Positions 29,808 through 37,241 of a DNA stretch of 64,000 nt are shown here, piece by piece (within the stretch, counting starts at the first letter, position 1; every line of letters begins with the position of its first letter). The stretch lies in assembly GCA_949293255.1 (NCBI GenBank), contig CASFCL010000001.1, positions 1,082 through 65,081 on the forward strand, written 5' to 3'. The notes beneath the pieces are model-generated. The model had not been told where the DNA came from. It saw only the letters and a list, made by a program, of their open reading frames with translations, and made no database searches. Source of the DNA: an uncultured bacterium (GTDB lineage Bacteria > Bacillota_I > Bacilli_A > RFN20 > CAG-826). The position numbers were made by a program, and so were the translations under genes.

Positions 29808-29993
29808 ATGTCAGAAATTAAAGGTCAATTATTAGGAGTAGTATTAGTTGTTGCTATTTTTGGAGCAATTGGAGGCTTATTATATGCCGCTTTTCAAAAC
29901 GCTGCCAAATCAACAGCAAGCAAAATTGAAGAAACTCCAACATATTCAATGTCAGAATATAGTGTCAGCAATAGTGACTTATTAAGATATTAA
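29808..29993 (+). CDS. 61-aa pilin-like protein (Flp-size; charged N-terminus + hydrophobic helix)
   Basis: AAAGGAGG RBS. MSEIKGQLLGVVLVVAIFGAIGGLLYAAFQNAAKSTASKI has a short polar leader ending in Gly, a 20-aa hydrophobic helix, then a short polar tail. Last gene before the terminator. Confidence 0.4.
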   Translation: MSEIKGQLLGVVLVVAIFGAIGGLLYAAFQNAAKSTASKIEETPTYSMSEYSVSNSDLLRY

Positions 29994-30052
29994 TTTTTTA
30001 ATATTTTAGAAATTATTTAGTATAAAAATAGTAGTTTTCTCTATTATTTAAG

Positions 30053-30087
30053 AACAAAAAAAGACCATTTATACAAATGGTCTTTTG
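30053..30087. terminator. bidirectional rho-independent terminator (strongest for the minus-strand tRNA transcript)
   Basis: 10-bp stem aagaccattt/aaatggtctt with a 4-nt loop. Flanked by an A-run on one side and TTTT on the other. Confidence 0.6.
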
Positions 30088-30096
30088 CGTTTAACT

Positions 30097-30173
30097 TGGT
30101 GACCTATACGGGATTCGAACCCATGAATGCATGCGTGAAAGGCATGTGAGTTAAGCCACTTCTCCAATAGGCC
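30097..30173 (-). tRNA. tRNA-Glu (anticodon TTC)
   Basis: Reverse complement reads GGCCTAT..CATGC-CTTTCAC-GCATG..GGGTTCGAATCCCGTATAGGTCACCA. It has a 7-bp acceptor stem, TTC anticodon in a 7-nt loop, GTTCGAATC T-loop and encoded CCA. Confidence 0.85.
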
Positions 30174-30178
30174 AAGTT

Positions 30179-30253
30179 TGGCGCTGACTATAGGACTCGA
30201 ACCTACAACCGATCGGTTAACAGCCGATTGCTCTACCATTGAGCTAAGTCAGC
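30179..30253 (-). tRNA. tRNA-Asn (anticodon GTT)
   Basis: Reverse complement reads GCTGACTTAGCTCAATGGTAGAGCAATCGG-CTGTTAA-CCGAT..GGTTCGAGTCCTATAGTCAGCGCCA. It has a 7-bp acceptor stem, GTT anticodon and encoded CCA. Confidence 0.85.
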
Positions 30254-30274
30254 GTTTCCAAAAAGCGCTTAAAT

Positions 30275-30303
30275 AATATACCTAATTAAACTTTTAAAAG
30301 CAA
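30275..30303 (-). promoter_or_regulatory. candidate sigma-A promoter for the tRNA-Asn/Glu pair
   Basis: On the minus strand: TTGCTT, 17-nt spacer, TATATT, located 22 nt upstream of the tRNA-Asn 5' end. Confidence 0.35.
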
Positions 30304-30328
30304 GTATAAATTAATAAAATTTATAAAA

Positions 30329-30553
30329 TTAATCTAACTTTTTGGAGATTAGGTCAAGAAGACTACCAACAGTTTTTAAGTCTTTGGTTTCTTCTGCTGA
30401 GAATGTAACATCGTATTTGTCTTCTAAGTCTAAAATAAATTCAACTACATCGAGTGAATCTAAGCCATAATCAGCTAAAGTTGCATCTCTATTTATTTCT
30501 GAAATATTAAGTTTTGTTTTAATTAAATTTTCAATTTCTTCAAGTTTATTCAT
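30329..30553 (-). CDS. acpP: acyl carrier protein
   Basis: 74 aa; LADYGLDSLDVVEFILDLE contains the DSL phosphopantetheine attachment serine motif; acidic. Confidence 0.85.
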   Translation of the reverse strand: MNKLEEIENLIKTKLNISEINRDATLADYGLDSLDVVEFILDLEDKYDVTFSAEETKDLKTVGSLLDLISKKLD

Positions 30554-30650
30554 AAAAAACTCCTCGGAGAAATTTTAACATATATTTAATTAAAAAGTAA
30601 TAAAAATACTAAAAATGGTTGTGATATAATTTTAAGCGGAGGTGCAATTT

Positions 30651-31952
30651 ATGATTGATCATAAAATGGAACTTAATTCTGAACAAATTGAAATTTTAGA
30701 AGGCAAACAAGGTGAGACAATGCGTAAAATGCTCGAGACATTAGTCTTATTTGGAGATATTTTTGACGCAAAACGTTTAGTTAAAGTAACACATAGTGAA
30801 GGACATCTTGTAACATCTTTTGGAATTCCTTTATTAAAACCTCTTTTCAAAACAATGGAAGAGATTAATAAAGATGGTATTAAAGCAGAAGGTGGATTTA
30901 CATTAGATCCAAGACCTATTGATTACGAAAATGTTAAATGTAATATATTAGAAAAAATTGTTTTCAATAAAATCTTATATGGAAAACAAAAAGACTATGA
31001 AGAACAACTTTTAAAAGCTGGTTTAACTGATAGTGATAGTTTTTCATGTACATGTTATTTAAAACAATGTGGCAATAGACCAAATAAAGGTGACATTCTT
31101 TCATGGGCAGAATCAAGTGCAGTTGTTTTTGCAAATTCTGTTTTAGGTGCAAGATGCAACAGAAATAGCGGAATGCTTGATTTATTTGGTTCAATTATCG
31201 GATATGTACCTGAATTTGGTTTACTTTTAGATGAAAATAGAAAAGCTGATTGGGTAATTGAAGTAAAAACAACAAAAATTCCAGAAGCACAAATTTTAGG
31301 AAGTGCAATTGGGTTAAAAGTAATGGAAGATGTTCCATACATCGTAGGTTTAGATAAATTTATCGGAACTGAATTAGATGATAATGCTGAAGATTATTTA
31401 AAAGATATGGGCGCAGCAAGTGCTAGTAATGGAGCAGTTGGTTTATTCCATGTCGAAAATTTAACTCCTGAAGCAAAAGAGCAAGGTAAGTCATTAATTA
31501 AAGAAAATGCAAAACATTATGTAATTGATGATGCTGAACTTGAAAGAGTTTATAAATCTTATCCAAATATGTGGAAGAAAAAAGATGCAAAACCAAGATT
31601 ATGTTTTATTGGTTGCCCACATCTTTCATTAAATCAATTAATATTATGGCACAATAGAATCATTAACGGACTTAAAGAAGAAAATAAAAAGAAAGTTTCC
31701 TGCCAATGTGTTCTTACAACAGCTCCAAAGGTAAAGAAAGAATTTATAGCAAAATATCCAGAATTATTTAATGATTTAGACAAAGCTGGAGTAAAAATTG
31801 CTTCAATTTGTCCATTAATGTATACAAATAATCCATTAGTTCATGGAAAAGCAATTTTTACAAATTCAAATAAATTAAGAACTTACTCAATGGCAAGATA
31901 TTTTAAAGATGAAGATATTGTAAAACTTTTCTGTGGTAAGGAGGTCAAATAG
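30651..31952 (+). CDS. aconitase-X-like (DUF521-type) hydro-lyase large subunit, Cys-rich
   Basis: About 433 aa from the ATG at 30651 (GGAGG RBS 9 nt upstream). More than 10 Cys, including FSCTCYLKQCG and CFIGCPH. Followed by a ~147-aa partner ORF with 4-nt spacing. Two-subunit layout and sizes fit AcnX large/small subunits. The assignment is from memory of family patterns, not a search. Confidence 0.4.
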   Translation: MIDHKMELNSEQIEILEGKQGETMRKMLETLVLFGDIFDAKRLVKVTHSEGHLVTSFGIPLLKPLFKTMEEINKDGIKAEGGFTLDPRPIDYENVKCNILEKIVFNKILYGKQKDYEEQLLKAGLTDSDSFSCTCYLKQCGNRPNKGDILSWAESSAVVFANSVLGARCNRNSGMLDLFGSIIGYVPEFGLLLDENRKADWVIEVKTTKIPEAQILGSAIGLKVMEDVPYIVGLDKFIGTELDDNAEDYLKDMGAASASNGAVGLFHVENLTPEAKEQGKSLIKENAKHYVIDDAELERVYKSYPNMWKKKDAKPRLCFIGCPHLSLNQLILWHNRIINGLKEENKKKVSCQCVLTTAPKVKKEFIAKYPELFNDLDKAGVKIASICPLMYTNNPLVHGKAIFTNSNKLRTYSMARYFKDEDIVKLFCGKEVK

Positions 31953-31953
31953 T

Positions 31954-32397
31954 ATGAAGGAATATAAAGGTAGAGTTATTGCTAAAGGTTCATTTGTTGG
32001 TGAAGCATGTGTTTCTCATGGTGGATTCAATACTTTAGCAAGTTTCCAAAAATCAGCATTAATGAATAAGAAGAATGTTATTGTTAGCGATCAAAATAAC
32101 AAAGACTTATTTGGAGTTGATATTACTAACAAAATATTATGTTTACCTATTACAATTGGTTCAACAACTGGTGGACTTGTAATTCAGACTGTTTGTGACA
32201 TGAAAATTAATCCAAAAGCCTTCTTATTTTCTGAAACTATCGATTCATTAGCTGCTAGTGGAATTGTTTTAGCAAAAGTTTGGCAAAACTCTGACGTAAT
32301 TTGTATTGATGAATTAGGTAAAGAGTTTTTAGATACTGTTAAAACTAACGATAAATTAGAAATTAAAGAAGATGGTACCGTCATTATTTTGGATTAA
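31954..32397 (+). CDS. aconitase-X-like small (swivel, DUF126-type) subunit
   Basis: AAGGAGG RBS. KGRVIAKGSFVGEACVSHGGFN and LCLPITIGSTTGGLVIQ with an ASGIVLA tail resemble the G.S.G..L..P...GST.G pattern of DUF126. The likely start is the ATG at 31954; the ORF-track start at 31933 is an upstream alternative. Confidence 0.4.
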   Translation: MKEYKGRVIAKGSFVGEACVSHGGFNTLASFQKSALMNKKNVIVSDQNNKDLFGVDITNKILCLPITIGSTTGGLVIQTVCDMKINPKAFLFSETIDSLAASGIVLAKVWQNSDVICIDELGKEFLDTVKTNDKLEIKEDGTVIILD

Positions 32398-32483
32398 GTG
32401 CGGATTACTTAAACATAATTTGACAACATACTATATTTTTTAATAAAATATAGTCAGGAAATAGAAATATTTCTTGACTCGAA

Positions 32484-32512
32484 AGAGTGCCTGCGGGCAT
32501 TCTTATTTTTTT
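32484..32512 (+). terminator. rho-independent terminator/attenuator between the AcnX-like operon and rimP
   Basis: Stem agagtgcc/ggcattct (8 bp, one G-U pair) with a 4-nt loop, followed by TATTTTTTT. Confidence 0.5.
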
Positions 32513-32524
32513 AAGGGGGGATAA

Positions 32525-32974
32525 ATGGTAAATTTAGACGAATTAAAAACCTTAATTAACGAGATGCTTAGCCAAGATGGATATGAACTTTATTCACTTA
32601 GCTATAGAAAAGGTAATCTCGAAATAATAGTTGATAGATTCGAACCAATTAGTCTTGATGATATTACAGTTGTAAGTCAAAAAATTTCCGATTTTCTTGA
32701 TACTCATGAATTTTGTGAAGAATCTTACACATTAAATGTATCCTCATTAGGAGCTGAAAAACCTATCAAACTAGAAAATTTAAATAAATATATTGGCTCG
32801 TATGTAGCATTACATTTATCTAATCCCTATAAAGGTGAAAATAATTTAGAAGGTAAAATTGAAAACATTGAAAATGAAACATTGACTCTTGTTTATAAAA
32901 ATAAAACCAGAGATGTTAAATGTTTAATACCTTTAAAAGATATTGATAAAGCAAAACTTTCAATAAAGATTTAG
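32525..32974 (+). CDS. rimP: ribosome maturation factor RimP
   Basis: N-terminus LINEMLSQDGYELYSLSYRKGNLEIIVDR matches RimP. It sits immediately upstream of nusA, the conserved position. Confidence 0.85.
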   Translation: MVNLDELKTLINEMLSQDGYELYSLSYRKGNLEIIVDRFEPISLDDITVVSQKISDFLDTHEFCEESYTLNVSSLGAEKPIKLENLNKYIGSYVALHLSNPYKGENNLEGKIENIENETLTLVYKNKTRDVKCLIPLKDIDKAKLSIKI

Positions 32975-32985
32975 GAGTAAAAGTT

Positions 32986-34761
32986 ATGACAAACAAAGAG
33001 AAGAAAGCTTTCTTAACAGCAATTCCAGAACTTGCAGAACAAAAAGGTATCAGTGAAGAAAAAGTCATTGATATTCTTAAAGAATCATTTTGTCTTGCAT
33101 ATGCAAAAAAGATTGAAAATGAATACCAAGTTTTTTCAAACACATATGCAAAGAAAAATAAAGAAGACAGCATAAAATTAACACCTGCAATGGTCAGATG
33201 TGAAATCGACATGAAAAAAGGTGATATTAAATTATTTAGACAATGGACAGTTAGAAACGATGATGACATTGTTGATGATTTTATTGAAATCGCTATTGAA
33301 GATGAAAAAGTAGTTGAAGCAGGTTTAAAAGTTGGAGATATCTATGAAGAAGAATTTGATATCAATAATTTTGATTATCAAGATGCATTAAAAGCAGTCA
33401 CTAATTTTAGACAAAAAATTTCACGTGCTGAAAAAGAATCGCTTGTTGAAGCATATAAAGGCAAAGTTGGAGAACTTGTTACTGGTGTTGTTCAAAAAGT
33501 TGATCCACACAGCATTATTGTCGAATTAGATAGATATCAAGCAACTTTATTTGAAAGAGAATGGATTGGTAAAGAAAGTTTTAGAGTCGGTGAACAAATC
33601 AAAGTCTTTATTAAAGGTATCGGAAAAGATAGTAGAGATTCCAAAAATGGTTCATTAATTCAAATTTCACGTGCCTGTGAAGGTTTCCTTGCTAGATTAT
33701 TTAAAAATGAAATCCATGAAATTTATGATGGAACAGTAGAAATCAAAGATATCGCAAGAATTGCTGGTATCAGAAGTAAGGTTGCTGTTTATAGTTCTGA
33801 TCCAAACGTTGATCCATGTGGAGCATGTATTGGTCCAAGTGGTTCAAGAATTCAAGCAATTGTTTCTCAATTAGGCAAACCAAGTGGTGATACTTTAGAA
33901 AGAGAAAAAATTGATATTATCACATATCATGAAAATTTAGGATTATATCTTGCTGAAGCTTTAAAACCAGGCGTTGTTAAAGGTGCTGTAATTTCACCTG
34001 ATACAAGCAGTGCAATTGCAATTTGTGAAGACGGAACTGAAAAATTTGCAATCGGTAAAGGATATCAAAACATCAATTTAGCTAAAAAATTACTTAAATT
34101 AAAAGAAATTACCGTCAAAACTGAAACTGAAGCAGTTGATGAAGGTATTCTTTATACAACAATTGAAATCTTTGAAGCTGAAGAAAAAGAAGCAGAAAAG
34201 AGAAAGAATAGAGAAAAAGCATTAGCTCTTCAAAAACTTAAGATTAAAGAAGAAAAAGAAGCTGAAGCTACAAAAGTTGATTTCTTATCAAAAGATGAAG
34301 ATATCGATGAAATTGAAGATTTAGATACAACATTTGAAGCAGTAACTGCTCAAGTTAGTGAAAATAAAGAAGTCGAACCAGTTGAAGAAAAGGTTGAAAC
34401 ACCTGTTGAAACTGTTGAAGCTGCTCCAATTGTTGAAGAAAAGGTTGAAGAAAAAGTTGAAACACCTGTTGAAACTGTCGAAGTTAATACAACAATCTCT
34501 CTTAATGATCTTGAAGCAATATTAGAACAAGAAAAGAAGACAAAACAAGCTGAACAAGGTTCTAATAAAAAGAAAAATAAGAAAGACGAAAACAAATCTG
34601 AAAATAAAGTTGATGTTAAAAAACCTCTTAAGAAAATGGATATTTACACTGAAGAGGAACTTCGTGAATTTGAAAGCGAAGATGATTTCGATAACGATTA
34701 CTATTCTGATGAAGATGATTTCTCAGAATATGATGATGACGATTATTACGAGGATAAATAA
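32986..34761 (+). CDS. nusA: transcription termination/antitermination factor NusA with long acidic repeat-containing C-terminal tail
   Basis: S1 domain (FRVGEQIKVFIKGIG) and KH domains (AGIRSKVAVYSSDPNVDPCGACIGPSGSRIQAI). C-terminal ~170 aa are acidic with a tandem EEKVETPVETVE repeat and a DDDYYEDK end. Confidence 0.9.
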   Translation: MTNKEKKAFLTAIPELAEQKGISEEKVIDILKESFCLAYAKKIENEYQVFSNTYAKKNKEDSIKLTPAMVRCEIDMKKGDIKLFRQWTVRNDDDIVDDFIEIAIEDEKVVEAGLKVGDIYEEEFDINNFDYQDALKAVTNFRQKISRAEKESLVEAYKGKVGELVTGVVQKVDPHSIIVELDRYQATLFEREWIGKESFRVGEQIKVFIKGIGKDSRDSKNGSLIQISRACEGFLARLFKNEIHEIYDGTVEIKDIARIAGIRSKVAVYSSDPNVDPCGACIGPSGSRIQAIVSQLGKPSGDTLEREKIDIITYHENLGLYLAEALKPGVVKGAVISPDTSSAIAICEDGTEKFAIGKGYQNINLAKKLLKLKEITVKTETEAVDEGILYTTIEIFEAEEKEAEKRKNREKALALQKLKIKEEKEAEATKVDFLSKDEDIDEIEDLDTTFEAVTAQVSENKEVEPVEEKVETPVETVEAAPIVEEKVEEKVETPVETVEVNTTISLNDLEAILEQEKKTKQAEQGSNKKKNKKDENKSENKVDVKKPLKKMDIYTEEELREFESEDDFDNDYYSDEDDFSEYDDDDYYEDK

Positions 34762-35018
34762 TGAAAAAGATTCCAATGAGACGTTGCTTAGTTTCTAATC
34801 AAAGTTATCCAAAAGAGGAACTTTTTAGAGTTGTAAGCACGCAAGATGGAGTTATCTTAGATATTTCTGGAAAAGTAAATGGACGTGGAGCTTATATTCA
34901 TCGCGATGAAGAAAGTATCCAAAAAGCTAAAAAAACCAAGTGTTTAGAAAAAGCACTTGGTGTCCAAATTAATGATGACGTTTACGAAAGAATGAATAAT
35001 TTCTTAAAAATGAAATAG
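34761..35018 (+). CDS. ylxR: YlxR/RnpM family RNA-binding protein (DUF448)
   Basis: MRRCLVSNQSYPKEELFRVV...NGRGAYIH matches YlxR, and it lies between nusA and infB. ATGA-type overlap with the nusA stop. Confidence 0.8.
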   Translation: MKKIPMRRCLVSNQSYPKEELFRVVSTQDGVILDISGKVNGRGAYIHRDEESIQKAKKTKCLEKALGVQINDDVYERMNNFLKMK

Positions 35019-35043
35019 TTAATTGTGTAGGGAGGTAAATGCA

Positions 35044-36882
35044 ATGAAAAATGCAAATAAGAAGAAATATGGTGACAATAGAGAGTCAAATATTCCATCA
35101 AAAAATCAAAATAAAAATGTAAACAAGGTAAATGATGGCGTTTTTGTATTTACAAAATCCCTTACAGTAGGCGAACTTGCTAAAGAATTAAATGTTAATG
35201 CTAGCGATATTATTAAAAAATTATTCTTACAAAAGAAATTAGTTACCATCAATCAATATCTTGATGATGATACTATCGGTGAAATTTGTCTTGAATTTGG
35301 ATATGACTTCCAAAAGAAAGATATTGTTAATGAAGAAGATTTTGAAAAAGTTGAATTCAATGATGATCCAGATAGTTTAAAAGAACGTCCAGCTGTTGTT
35401 ACAATTATGGGTCACGTTGACCATGGTAAAACAACTTTAATTGATACAATTAGAAACTCTAACCTTGTTGCTAGTGAATTTGGTGGAATTTCTCAAGAAA
35501 TTGGTGCTTATCAAAAAACTTTTGGTGGACATAAAATCACTTTCATTGATACTCCAGGGCATGAAGCATTTTCTGCTATGAGATCAAGAGGTGCAAGTGT
35601 TACTGATATTGTTATTTTAGTTGTTGCTGCTGATGATGGTGTCATGCCTCAAACATTAGAAGCTATTGATCACGCAAAAGTTGCTAATGTTCCAATTATT
35701 GTTGCAATTAATAAGATGGATGTTTCAGGTGCTAATCCTGATAGAGTTATTAATCAATTAGCTGAACATAATGTTATCGCTGAAAAATTTGGTGGTGATG
35801 TTATTACTTGTGAAATTAGTGCTAAAAAGAAAATAGGAATCGACAATTTACTTGAAGCCATTGTTCTTCAAGCAGAAATGTTAGAATTAAAAGCAAATCC
35901 AAATAGATTTGCTAGTGGAACAGTTTTAGAAGCTGAATTAGATAAAGGTGGCGGACCAAAAGCTACATTACTTGTTCAAAACGGTACTTTATATTCTAGT
36001 GACTACATTGTTGTTGGTACAACATATGGTAAAGTCAGACGTATGACCGATGAACATAACCAAGTTTTAAAAGAAGCAAAACCATCTACACCTGTTAGTG
36101 TTATTGGTTTAAGCGAAGTTCCATTAGCTGGCGATAGATTTATGGCTTTCCCAACTGAAAAGCAAGCTAAGGATATCGCTGAAAAGAGAAAAAATAGAAA
36201 AATTGAAGAAGCAAGAAGTAAATCTGGTGGAGTTAAATCACTTGATGAACTTTATAGTAAGATTCAAGAAGGACAATTAGTTCAAATTAATATTGTTTTA
36301 AAAACTGATAGTGCTGGTACAGCAGAAGCAGTTAAATCTTCTCTTGAAAAACTAAATAACGATCAAATTAAGATTAATGTTGTTAGAGCTGCAGCCGGTG
36401 CAATCAATGAATCAGATATTTTACTTGCTGCTGCAAGTAATGCAATTATTTACGGATTCAATGTTAGACCAAGTGCTTTCATTAGAAAGAAGAGCGAAGA
36501 AGAAAAAGTTGAAATTAGACTTCATAGAATTATTTATGCTCTTACTGAAGAAGTTGAAGACGCAATTAAAGGTAAGATGAAGAAAGAACAAGTTGAATCA
36601 GTTGTTGGTGAAGCTGAAGTTCGTAACGTCTTCAAAGTTTCAAAAGTTGGTTCAATTGCAGGATGTATGGTTAGAGATGGGTCTATCATGAATAATTCAA
36701 CAATAAGAATTTTAAGAGATGGAACAATTATTTATGAAGGTAAGATTGAATCATTAAAGAGATTTAAAGATGATGCTAAAGAAGTTAAATCCGGATTTGA
36801 ATGTGGTATAAAAGTTGAAAACTTTAATGATATTCATGAAGGCGACGTTATTGAAGCATATAAGATGGTTGATAAGGATTAA
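35044..36882 (+). CDS. infB: translation initiation factor IF-2 (short form)
   Basis: G domain [28 protein letters not shown] and NKMD motifs. The ATG at 35044 has a GGAGG RBS 8 nt upstream. 612 aa. Confidence 0.9.
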   Translation: MKNANKKKYGDNRESNIPSKNQNKNVNKVNDGVFVFTKSLTVGELAKELNVNASDIIKKLFLQKKLVTINQYLDDDTIGEICLEFGYDFQKKDIVNEEDFEKVEFNDDPDSLKERPAVVTIMGHVDHGKTTLIDTIRNSNLVASEFGGISQEIGAYQKTFGGHKITFIDTPGHEAFSAMRSRGASVTDIVILVVAADDGVMPQTLEAIDHAKVANVPIIVAINKMDVSGANPDRVINQLAEHNVIAEKFGGDVITCEISAKKKIGIDNLLEAIVLQAEMLELKANPNRFASGTVLEAELDKGGGPKATLLVQNGTLYSSDYIVVGTTYGKVRRMTDEHNQVLKEAKPSTPVSVIGLSEVPLAGDRFMAFPTEKQAKDIAEKRKNRKIEEARSKSGGVKSLDELYSKIQEGQLVQINIVLKTDSAGTAEAVKSSLEKLNNDQIKINVVRAAAGAINESDILLAAASNAIIYGFNVRPSAFIRKKSEEEKVEIRLHRIIYALTEEVEDAIKGKMKKEQVESVVGEAEVRNVFKVSKVGSIAGCMVRDGSIMNNSTIRILRDGTIIYEGKIESLKRFKDDAKEVKSGFECGIKVENFNDIHEGDVIEAYKMVDKD

Positions 36883-36890
36883 TTTACGAT

Positions 36891-37241
36891 ATGGCAAACA
36901 GAAATAAAAGAATACAAACTGTTATTGCTAAAGATGTAAGAGATATTCTTCAATTTGAAATTAGAAATGAAAATATAGGATTTTTAACAGTAACTGATGT
37001 CGATGTAAGTAGCGACTATAGTTATGTAAAAATATTTGTAAGTTTTATTCAAGATGAAGAAAAGAACTTTGAGAAACTTTGTAAAACTAAAGGTTTTGTA
37101 AGATCATCTTTAGCAAAAAAGATCAATTTAAGAAGAACTCCTGAAATCGAATTTGTATTAGATAGAGGATATTCTTATGAATCCAGAATTGATCAATTAT
37201 TAAAAAAAGAAACTAAGACATTAGAGGATATTAAAAAATAA
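36891..37241 (+). CDS. rbfA: ribosome-binding factor A
   Basis: 116 aa; RIQTVIAKDVRDILQFEIRNENIGFLTVTDVDVS matches the RbfA KH-like fold. Downstream of infB. Confidence 0.85.
   Translation: MANRNKRIQTVIAKDVRDILQFEIRNENIGFLTVTDVDVSSDYSYVKIFVSFIQDEEKNFEKLCKTKGFVRSSLAKKINLRRTPEIEFVLDRGYSYESRIDQLLKKETKTLEDIKK

Noticed and set aside
25400-30100. Prophage or integrative element at the tRNA-Glu/Asn locus
   Set aside because: No integrase, recombinase, transposase, phage structural gene or att-like duplication of a tRNA 3' end was recognised. Only compositional bias and accessory-looking gene content support foreignness, so it is reported as a candidate island rather than a mobile element.
32916-33269. 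117-aa minus-strand ORF spanning the rimP/nusA junction
   Set aside because: Antisense to two conserved genes, hydrophobic nonsense composition.
34350-34798. Possible CRISPR-like or minisatellite repeat in the 34.3-34.8 kb region
   Set aside because: The direct repeats are in-frame coding repeats of the NusA acidic tail. Only two copies, with no spacer-repeat periodicity and no cas genes.
36377-36580. 67-aa + strand ORF inside infB
   Set aside because: Alternate frame of the IF-2 domain III/IV coding region.
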